A stretch of 64,000 nucleotides of DNA, from assembly GCA_964016885.1 (NCBI GenBank), contig OZ024745.1:74958001-75022000 (forward strand), in the 5' to 3' direction. Positions 16,229 to 29,864 of this stretch are shown here, one piece after another. The notes under the pieces were generated by a model. That model was not told the DNA's origin and made no database searches. It was given only the letters and a program-made list of their open reading frames with translations. The stretch comes from Eledone cirrhosa. Taxonomy: Eukaryota. Made by a program: the position numbers and the translations under genes. Position 1 is the stretch's first letter. Each line of letters starts with the position of its first letter.

Positions 16229-19200
16229 TGGGTGGGAAACGACGATGGGCTGGGTGGAGTAGGAATCATGGTAGCAGAAAAGTGGGCAGATAAGATAATA
16301 GACGTAAATAGAGTGAACGACAGAATAATTAAAATACGACTTGTCCTCAATAGAACTACGGTGACAGTAATATCTGCGTACGCACCCCAATCCGGACTGC
16401 CCGGCACTATAAAAGACAGATTCTATGAGACACTGATGCTAACTACCTCCCAAATATCCGACAGTGACTATATAATTATCGCAGGCGACCTAAATGGTCA
16501 CGTTGGACAACATTGTGACGGCTACGACGAAATCCATGGAGGCTATGGGTTTGGTACTAGAAATGAGGAAGGCTCCAGAATCCTGGAATTCTGTGATGCA
16601 AATAACCTAACTATCTGTAACACTAACTTCAAAAAACGTGACAATCACCTGATCACCTATAGATCCGGGGAACACACAAGCCAGGTAGATTATATCCTTA
16701 CCAGAAGACGTGACAGAGTGTCTGTTGTTAACACTAAATCCCTCCCCCATGAAGAATGCACCTCCCAACATAGACTGATAATTAGCGACCTCATAGTCAG
16801 GACGAGACGTACTCGACAACAGAAGAGGACTATCCTCAGGAGGAAAATATGGAAGCTAAAGGACCCCACAGCCAGGAATAAATTTCAAAGCATATTACTT
16901 GATGCTTTCGACAGTAAGGAAGAACATTTAGAGTCGGACAATATAGAGGGAGAGTGGGAATTTCTGAAAGCAAACCTGCTGTTGGCGACAGACGAGGTCT
17001 GTGGCTGGAGCAGGCCTGTAGGCAGGAGGAGAGTAACATGGTGGTGGAACAGTAAGGTGGAGGGGTCAATTAAGGCCAAAAAGCAGGCTTGGAAAGTATG
17101 GCGGGATGGGGGAAGTAGAGAGGACTATCAAGTGGCCAGGAGGGAAGCTAGGAGACAAGTGTACTTAGCAAGAAGGGAAGCTGAGGAAAGAAAGTTCAAG
17201 CATGTTCTACAACGCGATGACCAAAAACATGAGGTGTTCAGGATTGCTAGGCAATGCGTCAAGGAAAACCGTGATATTGTCGGGGAGAAGTGTGTACTAA
17301 ACGACGATGGCACACTTGCCATCACCGACGCTGATAAGAAGGTAGCCTGGAAGTGTCACTATGAAAGGCTACTAAATGAGGAGAATAATTGGGAGAAAGG
17401 CAGTCTCCCCCATATCGACCCAATAGAGGGACCAGCAGTGTTAGTCGAGGGGAGTATAATAAGTAAGGCAATCATGGATATGAAGACGGGTAAGGCGGCT
17501 GGGCCTTCGGAAATAGTTGCTGAGATGCTGAAGGCATCTGGCACGGTGGGACACACCATGGTCACCCGCATAGTTAACCAAGTCGTACAGAATGGGGTTG
17601 TTCCGAAGGACTGGCATAGCAGCATCATCGTTAACTGTTATAAGGGTAAAGGAGACGCCCTAGATAGGAGTAACTATAGAGGCATTAAATTAATCGACCA
17701 GGTCATGAAGGTCACGGAAAAAGTAATAGCGCAACTAATCAGAGAGAGAATTGACCTAGATGAAATGCAGTTCGGGTTTGTGTCAGGCAAAAGTACCACA
17801 GACGCTCTTTTCATAGTACGACAACTACAGGAGAAGTACCTAGCTAAAGGTAAACCCCTCTACTTAGCTTTTGTCGACTTGGAGAAAGCCTTCGACAGAG
17901 TCCCCCGCTCCATTATCTGGTGGGCTCTTAGAAAACTAGGCGTTGACGAATGGCTTGTGAGGGCTATACAAGCCATGTATAAAGAAACAGTCAGCAAGGT
18001 TAGAATTAACAACGAATATAGTGAAGAGTTTAGCGTAAAAGTTGGCGTACATCAGGGCTCTGTTCTCAGCCCACTACTATTTATTATTGCCCTTCAGGCT
18101 ATAACAGAGGAGTTCAAGACAGGCTGCCCATGGGAGCTCCTATACGCAGACGACCTGACACTCATAGCGGAATCAATGGCCGAGCTAGAGAAGAAATTCC
18201 AAACATGGAAGCACGGCCTAGAGTCAAAAGGACTTAAAATTAACCTGGCTAAGACCAAAGTACTAGTTTGTAGCAAAGAAAACAAGGCGGCGGTCCCTTC
18301 TGGGAAATGGTCGTGCTCGGTGTGTAGGAAAGGCGTAGGTAGAAACTCCATTTTATGTCCTAAATGCAAAGTATGGGTGCATAAAAGATGTAGTGGGATC
18401 ACAGGTAAGCTAACTAAGAACATAGATTTTACATGTGGCCGGTGCTCTGGTGCAATAAGTAGCAGCAAGTGCCCACAAACTACTAGCTCTTTCAATTGCG
18501 CAGAGGGTTCTATAGAAATAGTGGACAGCTTCCGTTACCTGGGCGATAAAATCAGCAGTGGGGGAGGGTGCTCTGAAAGTACTGTAGCTAGAGTCAGAAC
18601 TGGTTGGAAAAAGTTCAGAGAGCTTATACCACTATTAGCTGCTAAAGGGTTCTCACTAAAAATGAAAGGCAGGTTGTACGATGCCTGCATACGAACAGCA
18701 ATGCTGCATGGCAGTGAGACCTGGGCATTGTGTGCAGAGGATATACGCAGACTAGAGAGGAACGAAGCTTGCATGCTCCGCTGGATGTGTAACAGTAATA
18801 TACGTGAACGGCAAAGCATAAACGAACTAAGGAAAAAATTAGAGATAAGAGGGATCAGATGTTGTTTACTCGAGAGAAGGCTACGTTGGTATGGACACGT
18901 GATGCGCATGAAAGTCGATAGCTGTATAACAAAGTGCAGGGCAATAAAGATAGACGGTAGTCACGGAATAGGCAGACCTAGAAAAACCTGGGACGAGCTG
19001 ATAAACTCCGACATCACACACTTACACCTCTCCAAGACAATGTCACTGGACCGAGACCTTTGGCGGTACTCAGTAACAGAGAAGACCCGCCTTACCTAAA
19101 TATATAGTAAAACCTACTCCAGCCAGTAGGCATCTCTAACAAAATACACCCCGTCCCACCACCACCACCCGATCCACACCACCCCGTTCTATGTAAAGTT

Positions 19201-19493
19201 ATGTTGGTGCCGCGCCATCGAGGCCGAAACAAATGAGATCGTGTAGGTGTCACGACAAAAAAACACACAGTCCACGCTGTAATGTGGCCGTGTAGGCAAC
19301 ACGGTAAAAACCTCCCAGACCCACACTGTAAATGTGGTTGGTGTTAGGAAGGGCATCCAACTGTAGAAAACCTGCCAGACAGTCCTATGCGAGCAAGACA
19401 ATCACTCTTGCCTCAAGTGGGACTACCCCCGTCCAAACCCATGCAAGCGTGGAACACGGACGTTAAACGTTGATGATGATGATGATGATGATG

Positions 19494-19495
<2 letters not shown>
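16229..19495 (+). mobile_element. RTE-clade LINE family B, slightly 5'-truncated, ~370-bp 3' UTR, (GAT)n tail
   Basis: Uninterrupted ORF, UTR and tail; both ends in microsatellite. Confidence 0.95.
16232..19099 (+). CDS. RTE ORF: APE endonuclease + RT with inserted PHD finger (true N-terminus missing)
   Basis: [48 protein letters not shown]-x2-C...C-x2-C-x2-WVH-x2-C...C-x2-C, FRYLG. Confidence 0.94.
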   Translation: MGNDDGLGGVGIMVAEKWADKIIDVNRVNDRIIKIRLVLNRTTVTVISAYAPQSGLPGTIKDRFYETLMLTTSQISDSDYIIIAGDLNGHVGQHCDGYDEIHGGYGFGTRNEEGSRILEFCDANNLTICNTNFKKRDNHLITYRSGEHTSQVDYILTRRRDRVSVVNTKSLPHEECTSQHRLIISDLIVRTRRTRQQKRTILRRKIWKLKDPTARNKFQSILLDAFDSKEEHLESDNIEGEWEFLKANLLLATDEVCGWSRPVGRRRVTWWWNSKVEGSIKAKKQAWKVWRDGGSREDYQVARREARRQVYLARREAEERKFKHVLQRDDQKHEVFRIARQCVKENRDIVGEKCVLNDDGTLAITDADKKVAWKCHYERLLNEENNWEKGSLPHIDPIEGPAVLVEGSIISKAIMDMKTGKAAGPSEIVAEMLKASGTVGHTMVTRIVNQVVQNGVVPKDWHSSIIVNCYKGKGDALDRSNYRGIKLIDQVMKVTEKVIAQLIRERIDLDEMQFGFVSGKSTTDALFIVRQLQEKYLAKGKPLYLAFVDLEKAFDRVPRSIIWWALRKLGVDEWLVRAIQAMYKETVSKVRINNEYSEEFSVKVGVHQGSVLSPLLFIIALQAITEEFKTGCPWELLYADDLTLIAESMAELEKKFQTWKHGLESKGLKINLAKTKVLVCSKENKAAVPSGKWSCSVCRKGVGRNSILCPKCKVWVHKRCSGITGKLTKNIDFTCGRCSGAISSSKCPQTTSSFNCAEGSIEIVDSFRYLGDKISSGGGCSESTVARVRTGWKKFRELIPLLAAKGFSLKMKGRLYDACIRTAMLHGSETWALCAEDIRRLERNEACMLRWMCNSNIRERQSINELRKKLEIRGIRCCLLERRLRWYGHVMRMKVDSCITKCRAIKIDGSHGIGRPRKTWDELINSDITHLHLSKTMSLDRDLWRYSVTEKTRLT

Positions 19496-20884
<1,389 letters not shown>

Positions 20885-21599
20885 ACAGGCTTCTGTGCAA
20901 TGTCCACCTTCCAAATTTCACTCAAACGTCATTAATCAAACAGAAGCTATAATAGAAGATACTTGTCCAAGATGTCATATGCTGAGATCAAACCCAAAAC
21001 CACTGTCATGACTATGTCTATATTAAACCCTTGCGACATGAAACTGCCTGAAATGAAAAGTTCTAATAATACAAAACCTTTTAGTTTAAAGTATATTTCA
21101 TCTAAGAATCTTCAAACATAATTTTATGAAAGAATCTTTCACTAAATTGTTTCAGATACCAGCTTAATAAGGAGAAATTATTTGAAAATCAAAGGCAGCT
21201 GTCTTTCATTAGAAATATGGTAAAGAAAGGGTTAAAAGAAATGATACATCCATCTAATGTATAATTATAAATGAAGTCAATAACACACACAATTTCTACC
21301 AACATAACATCTTAACCTTCACAAATCAGTGTTATAAAAAACATTAGACACACAATAACTATTTACATTTTCTGCTTTAGAGGAAATCTTTTTTTCCCCC
21401 TCATCTTGTTTTTGTTTTTATAGCTGACTGACCTCTCTTTACTTCCATCAGAACAGGTGTGTATATTACTTTATTATCACAGAGGGTGTTCTTCAAAGAT
21501 TACAAGCATTCTCTCCATCAGCTGCTGATTTTCTTTCAAACAATTTACTTGTTCTGTCTCTCTGAAGTGCAAAACCTCAAATAGATGTTGCCTCATAGC

Positions 21600-21855
21600 C
21601 CAAGGAGACAGAATTACAAAGACATTACCATGGAAGATAACAAGGGAGATATGCTGAAAGAGCCAATCCAACATGCGGGACTCATTCTTACAGGTGGTCC
21701 CCTGCATCCTGGTCGCAGTAAGTAGGGTTATGGTTCTGGGACCCAGTACATCAGAAGTTTCCAGCATTATAGGTTCAATGATAAACCTATCCAAAAGTGG
21801 TTGGTACTTCAACAACTTGCGATCAAAGCATTACTGCAAGTCACATCCCAATTCA
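21600..21855 (-). mobile_element. Decayed restriction-like endonuclease end of a CRE-type non-LTR retrotransposon
   Basis: WDVTC...KY..L.DRFIIEP..LET..VLG...WLFQHIS..I.HGN; homologs at 28.0 and 40.0 kb. Confidence 0.6.
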
Positions 21856-22548
21856 TCTCAAATTCAATAACAGCTTCCAGCTTACACAGGTGAAAAATGC
21901 TACCTACAACTTTATTAACATTAGAAAGAGCATTTAGCTGTAAAGTATATGTCCCCCTCCAAACTTTGAAAACCTAGTCATCATCCTTGCCATTTTACAT
22001 CCATTTTTCATGTTAGTATGGGTTGGATGGGTTATCGCGTTCTGAAACTGGGTGCATTTTACTAGAGCACCAGCACTATCACTTTAAAAAAAGTAGGCTA
22101 CGTGCATTTTACTGTGGCACCAGCACTACCACTTACAGAGCATACAAAAACAAGCATTTTAAAATCACTTTCCCAACTAAACACGAGTTTAGCCTTGCAA
22201 GCCCCATGAAAGTAAATGTTTCACAGTAAGATGCCTTTCCTAGTGCAAACTCTTTTAACTACCTCTTATGACACACAATGATACAATACACAAACTTTAG
22301 CAATTTGCAAACCTAGTCTATGAAAAATGTTTAAAAACATATTTAAAATATAATGAGTAGCAAAAGTTATCGAACACAGGCAGCTTGTAAAGATGAAGAA
22401 CTTCATGATGATCAAGTTCTTTAAAATTAAAAGGGTTTCTTAGGGGTTCTTTGTTTATAAGCTCCAGTGTCATAGCTGAGATTGAAGGTGGTAGAAACAG
22501 CAGCTGAAAAATGGAATTACACCTATGAATTACACCTATGAATTACAC

Positions 22549-23892
22549 CTAGTTTGTAGGAAAGAAAATAAGGCGGCGGTCCCATCGGGGAAATGGCCAT
22601 GCTCAGTGTGTAGGAAAGGCGTAGGTAGAAACTCCATTTTATGTCCCAAATGCAAAGTATGGGTGCATAAAAGATGTAGTGGGATCACAGGTAAGCTAAC
22701 TAAGAACATAGATTTTACATGTGGCCGGTGCTCTGGTGCAATAAGTAGCAGCAAGTGCCCACAAAATACTAGCTCCTTCAACTGCGCAGAGGGTTCTATA
22801 GAAATAGTGGACAGCTTCCGTTATCTGGGTGACAAAATCAGCAGTGGGGGAGGGTGCTCTGAAAGTACAGTAGCTAGAGTCAGAACTGGATGGAAAAAGT
22901 TCAGAGAGCTTATACCACTATTAGCCGCTAGAGGGTTCTCCCTAAAAATGAAAGGCAGGTTATACGATGCCTGCATACGAACAGCAATGCTGCATGGCAG
23001 TGAGACCTGGGCATTGTGTGCAGAGGATATACGCAGACTAGAGAGGAACGAAGCTTGCATGCTCCGCTGGATGTGCAATAGTAATATACGTGAACGGCAA
23101 AGCATAAACGAACTAAGGAAAAAATTAGAAATAAGAGGGATCAGATGTTGTTTACTCGAGAGAAGGCTACGTTGGTACGGTCACGTGATGCGCATGAAAG
23201 ACGACAGCTGTATAACAAAGTGCAGGGCAATAAAGATAGACGGTAGCCACGGAGTAGGCAGACCCAGAAAAACATGGGACGAGCTGATAAATTCCGACCT
23301 CACACGCTTACACCTCTCCAAGACAATGTCACTGGACCGAGACCTTTGGCGGTACTCAGTAATAGAGAAGACCCGCCTTACCTAAATACAAAGTAAAAAC
23401 CTACTACAGTCAGTAGGCATCTCTATCAAAACACACCCCCGTCCCACCACCCTCCACCCCACCCACACCGCCCCTTTCAAATGTAAAGTTATGTTGGTCC
23501 CACAACATCCAGGCCGAAACAAATGAGATCGTGTAGGTGTCACGACAAAAAACACACAGTCCACGCTGTAAATGTGGCCGTGTAGGCAACACGGTAAAAA
23601 CCTCCCAGCCCCACACTGTAAATGTGGTTGGTGTTAGGAAGGGCATCCAGCTGTAGAAAACCCGCCAGACAGTCCACGCTGTAATGTGGCCGTGTAGGCA
23701 ACACGGTAAAAACCTCCCAGCCCCACACTGTAAATGTGGTTGGTGTTAGGAAGGGCATCCAACTGTAGAAAACCCGCCAGACAGTCCTATGCGAGCAAGA
23801 CAACCACTCTTGCCTCAAGTGGGAAAACCCCCGTCCAAACCCATGCAAGCGTGGAACACGGACGCTAAACCTGATGATGATGATGATGATGA
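22549..23892 (+). mobile_element. RTE family B, 5'-truncated copy (PHD finger, RT C-terminus to stop at 23385, 3' UTR with two 112-bp units, (GAT)n tail)
   Basis: Protein nearly identical to the C-terminus of 16232-19099. Confidence 0.93.
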
Positions 23893-24289
23893 AAGTTTAG
23901 CTGGCCTGCTACAAGTTTGCATCTTATAAGAGGTTTCTTGGGTGTTTTAATGATGGGGGGCCCCAATCCTAACATGAAATGAAGCCTCTTGCTGAAAAAC
24001 ACATGTTGCCAGTTCAGTAATCAAACCCATGAGCTTATGATTATTGAGTCCCATACCCTAACCACTAGACCATGGGCTTTCCACAGTAGTTGTAGAAGTA
24101 TTACTAACATTATTGCCACCATACTGGACAATGCACTCTCTAATATACAAAAGAAAAGAAAAAACAGAACAGTCATGATTGGAATGCTTTTCATTATAAA
24201 CAACAAAAACAGAGGGTGGAGTGAAGAATATTGTTTTCTTTATATTTTAACAGTCAAGGTGTGTGTGTGTGAGTTGCAGATCACAAGAC

Positions 24290-24490
24290 AGGACTACTAC
24301 TTCTACCACCAATACAACTACTATGACTACAAACAATACTGCTACTACCACCAATACTTCTACTACTACTGCTACTACCAATATTACCATTACAACCACC
24401 TCCCACTACTACCACAGGAATGCCAGACACATCATTGGATAGAAAGAAGGGATGTGTGGCAGTGGCAACAGCAGTAGTAGTAGTAGTAGT
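24290..24490. repeat. Degenerate (CTA)n/(TAG)n low-complexity tract
   Basis: Direct reading. Confidence 0.7.
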
Positions 24491-25736
24491 ATCAAAAGTT
24501 AGTTATCTTCATCAGATTGGTTCTTGTGGTTTACCATCTTCATATGTTGCAAATACAGATACTGCCACATATTTCAGAAACATATCCCCACACTTCATTG
24601 CTCACATTCAACAACACAACCAAGATAATGATAATCTCAACAAATACTGTACCTTACAATCTCTAATATTCACATAGTTACCAACCCAGATACAAGACTT
24701 CTCACACATTTGCAATACAATTAGGGTGTTGGGCTCATGATCATGAGGTCATTGGTTTCTGAGACTGGGCAGCATATTGTCCTTGAGTAAGACATTTTTT
24801 TTCATGTTGCTCCAGCTTCTATGAGATGCAACCTCATAGAAGGGTGACTAAACCTACACAGGAGTAAGTCATAACCAATGACATCCCTCTGGAACTCCTC
24901 CAACCCAGTTTATACTTCCCTCTTAACAAGCACTGACCTTTAAAATGCCAAACTCAACATCAACTGTACTCAGCAGTTCCTATCACATGTTTAATAAGAC
25001 CTGAAAAGATTGCAGCTTCTGCACTTCTTTATCTGACTAACACAAAGAAAATTCAATAAAGTAACTAAGATTGTCACTCACAATTGAAGATGACTTGGTA
25101 GCATATAACAGTTATAGGCATCATGCACCCTTTTGACCCTCCCACACTTAACCCAGTGGAACATCCAGGATGTGACAGCTAGAGAGAGAAAGAGATGAAC
25201 TGGCACTGGGTCGGTACTTTCTTTGTCAACCTTGAAAGGATGAAAGGCAAAGTAGACCTTTATGGAATTTGAACACAGGGCAAAGAGACCTGGAACAAAT
25301 ATTGCAACGCATTTTATCTAATGCTCAAAGAACTTTGCCAATCAACCATCTTATGAAGAATGACTACACATTAACCCTTTAATGTTAAAACCGGCCAGAA
25401 TTCTCTACCTTTTTCTGTTGAAACTGGCTGTAACTGGTCACTCAAACTGATGTTAAGGTATTGTTCTCAAAATAAATACTTTCAAAATCTCATAGATTTG
25501 ATATTATGAGATAAAGCCTTTACCATGAAAATATAATAGTATATATATAGTAATATGAATGCTAAAGAAACCATTAATAATTCTGCCAATCCATGGCTGC
25601 CTATTTAATTCAAGTGAAACACATCTCATTTTAACCCTTTTTATACCAAGCCACTTGAAATTGCCCCTGGTTCAATGTTACAAAACTGTTTTTGAAAGTG
25701 CTTATATTCATCAAAATAGCTTCCATTATAATGGTT

Positions 25737-25908
25737 TGGCAGTATCGGTAGAGAGTCGGATGCCATGCTTTGCAGCGTGGAGTTACGGCCCTTTGCGGTC
25801 TGGGTTCAAATCTCGCCAAGATTAACTTTGTCATTCATCCTTACAGGGGCAATAAAATAAAGAACCAGTAATGCACTGGGATAATTGTGCCAAAAGTAGA
25901 AACAATTA
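25737..25908 (+). mobile_element. tRNA-derived SINE
   Basis: A-box-like tggcagtatcggtag, B-box ggttcaaatc, central ttcatccttac.ggg...aataaaataaagaaccag, tail gtagaaacaattat; many copies in the window. Confidence 0.8.
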
Positions 25909-28029
25909 TAACGGTTTATAAAAAAGTTTAAGCTATGCTCCAAACACCAACTTAATAATGAGAAAGCTAGTTATATTACAAAATTTGTCCAAATTCTTGA
26001 TTCATTTTTAAATTATTTGAAAAATCATAGGCAATGTCTTTCATTAGAAATGTGGTAAAGAAAGGTTAAACACTGATACACACTGGACACATCAAATTAA
26101 AATCTAAATGTTAGTGAACAACAATAAAAGTATATGCCATGTTATGGACCTTTAATTCCTGATGGAGTCATACATGTGCCATTGTAACATTTAAACCTGG
26201 TAGAACACAACCCTCTCCAGGTCTGAATACAGCCAATTTCGACTAGAGAGCAAGAGAGAGGAAGGTGATGAGAAAGAAGAATCAACCCCTGTATTGGATA
26301 AAAGGGACAGTTGACCTCAGCGGAATTTAAACTCAAGAGTGTAGAATGCCAGAACAAATATTGTAAAGTATTCTATCCAACATTCTAACTCTGCCAATTT
26401 GTCATCTAATAAATAGAGGTAAATTATAACAGCTATCTTTAAGATAATTAGTCTTAAAATAAACTAAAATGAAATCATGTCATACTTCTTTACAGTTAAC
26501 GGATGTTTATAAATACCTATTTACAAAATATATTTTTTGTAATCTGAGAAATTAATGATTTAATGAAATTGGACAACTAAAGATGAATTTTGATAAAACA
26601 TTCTTTCACCCCTCAAACTTAATCTTACATTGTGGTTGTTTAGCTGATCAAAGGTGTTCCAGCTGTGACATCATGTCTTTTTTTTATCAGATGAATCCAA
26701 TCTTGCATTAAATATTTTAAAATAATTGTTTATAGTTTTGGCATAAGGCCAGCAATCACCCAGAACATTACTGGTACTTTATTTTATCGACCCCATAAGG
26801 ATCGAACATTACAGCTCACACCTATGCAGGTTTAGCTGACTTCCTACAATGTTGTATCTCAAAGTTGGTTTCTCAGGTGTTTTAAATAGGGGCCCCTGTC
26901 CTATCAAGAAAGGAAACACGAAGTATCATGCTCAAGAACACAATGCTCTTCCCAGTTCAGAAATCGAACTCGTTAGTCCAACACACCTAACCACAGGTGA
27001 TTCTAATAAAAATAATATAAATAAACAAAGACGGAAATAAATTATAAATTATAAATACAAAAGCACACCAAAATTCGAAAATTGAGGCATAATTAAAAAT
27101 GAAACTAACGAAAATGGGGAACATAAAAATTTAGCTTGGCTTCCATGAAATATCAAAACGAATTTTTGTTTTAGTGTATGATTTTTTTAACATTCTCCTC
27201 CCAATTTATATATAAATAAATATTTGCATTTTTCATGAAATTTACATCCTTAATAATATTAAACTGAAAGAACATCGTTGTGAAATAACTAATGCTTTGA
27301 AATGCAAAACAAAATATATTTAACGCTTCGCGTATATGTAAATGTTATTTCATTATGAAAGCATGCATGTTAAAAAAATATATAAACGTTTAGTTTTAAA
27401 GTATTTAATTAGAAACGAAATGCTATTAATTAAAATTAAAAAAACATTTAATTCATTTACTTTTCGGGGTGGGGTCCAAAAAAAAAATAAAAATCTAAGG
27501 CTAAAATGAAACATTCGTCAAGCTAATTCAGGAGAGCTATGTTATTTTGGCATAGTTTAGTTAACCCAGCATCCGAATTTATTTTCTCATAATTTCCATA
27601 ATAATGTATAATCTTTTCAATATAATTTTGCAGAGATGCGTTTTCCATGGTGTAAATTACGATTTTAATTAACACTTTAAAAATAATTCTGTTCGTTAAT
27701 GCTTCCGTTTACCAAATACTTTTCGATTTGTGTTTGTAGTAGGCTAAACGAAAATTCAGAAATTTTATATTCATAATGAATGAATGAATGAATATATATA
27801 TTTCTTTTTCCCACCAACATGAATGTAACCTATACCTTCGAAAATGAATCTCGGCAAATTTTCATTAAAAAAATAAACATTAGGAAAGTTATGGGTAAAC
27901 AAAACCCGGTGGAAGATGGAAGAGACACTTAACTGTGGTTAAGTGATTTTTTACGTTTTTCATTATTGTTGGTTTCATTTTTAATTACGCCGCAATTTTC
28001 CATTTTTACATGTCGGAACTATAAAGAAA

Positions 28030-28250
28030 ATAGAAATTCAAAGTATCGGCTGCTCTCTGATGGATTTGTGGTCGAGCCTGTGGCAGTGGAGACTTCTGGT
28101 GTTCTTGGCTCCCGGATCACATCCCAACTCACTGCTATCGGAGAGGAGTTGACTACTCGCAAGTGCGAGGTGGAGTGGCTGTTCCAGCGCATCTTCCTCG
28201 CCATCCTCGGAAACCACGAGTCGGATTCACCTTTAAACAGCGAGTGGTAA
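28030..28250 (+). mobile_element. CRE-type RLE 3' fragment
   Basis: SKYRLLSDGFVVEPVAVETSGVLG...WLFQRIFLAILGN. Confidence 0.65.
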
Positions 28251-28981
28251 ATACAGATGACACAGAGAGTAAACATTACAATGACAATTTAGGATATCTA
28301 TAAATCAACTATTTATGTAACCACTGTCGTTATCATTAATGTACAAAGTTAGCTACCATTAGTCGCATCTGAGACACTGCGAGATTTCAATGCCTTTAAT
28401 ACAACAAAGTCAGCCAGTTCTTTAAGGGCAGGGAAGAGGGAAAAGACAAATGTATTAGATACTAGACACTACTAAATACTTCAGTAGCGAACCGAGGGAG
28501 TAAACAATAATTCGACCGAGATATATTGTTACATCGAAAACGCTGTCGACACTAAGGAAATTCGAACTCAACACGACACACACACAATGAATATATATAT
28601 ATATAGTCTGACATTCTCACATGCAAAATAATTACCTTGCCTTACTATAAACAGAGCTCTTATAACGTAGGAGTATAAAAATCGAGAAAGAATTTAAACA
28701 GAAAGCAACTAGCTGTATGAAAGCAATCAATAGAGAGATTCAGCTAAGCTTATACAAAATGAGAAACAATCGATACATAGAATAAAGAAGTTATGCTAAA
28801 AAAAAAAAAAAAGGCATATCAAACATGTGTCTATGAAACATGTATATTCAGAAGACATGTATTACCCCTCCATTATACACATACACACACCAATAAAATG
28901 TATACACGCTTCAGGAAAATATATATATTCAATTATTCAACAGTACAATTCTTTCATCAAGATATCTCAACATAGAAATTC

Positions 28982-29140
<159 letters not shown>

Positions 29141-29864
29141 GGGAAGAGTGGGTGGGGTTAAACAAAAATATTTATACAAGTTTTTCTTTTCCTGAAGTAT
29201 GTATAGATTTTTTTGGCAGACTGTGTATATGTGTGTGTGTGTATCTGGCATAATGAAGAAAACTATGACAATATTTGATAACCATAGACATAGATAATAG
29301 TTGAATAAATCCAAGTACTTCATGAGATTGGAGAAGGTGGTCAGGCTGAATGGTGGTGAATATAACTTCAAATTTCCCAATGCTTTGTAAGCCAACCCAG
29401 TATTGTTCATTATATGTGTGTGTGTCAGATAGGATATGGATAATCAGCTATACCAAAACCAACCAGAGTACTTGATACTTGGGGTAGTAGAGTGGATAAT
29501 GGGAAAAGATTTCGGACCCTGAGATCCAAACTGAGTTTGGATCTAGCTGTAGAAACCGCCGGAGCTCAGCCGTCAGGGTCCTGAATCTTTTCATATATAT
29601 GTATATATATATGAAACACAAATTTAAATAATTTTGAAAACCATACAATGCACTAGAAAATTAAAATTGCTAAGCAAGGCAGATTTAAGTTAAATCTAAT
29701 GAAAATACATTAAAATGTCGAGCATGCTCATTGTGAAATGTCTAGGGAAAAGTGTATGATATATGCATGTGTGTGCGTGAATGTAAGTGTGCTTAGTGGG
29801 ATGCATGTATATGTGTGCATGAAGAGTTCATGTAGTGAAAGGGGTGTGCGAATATGTATATAAT

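Noticed and set aside
21432-22505. Possible - strand exons after acceptor-like sites near 21562 and 22504
   Set aside because: Frames contain stops or lack a convincing donor; cannot be supported without RNA data
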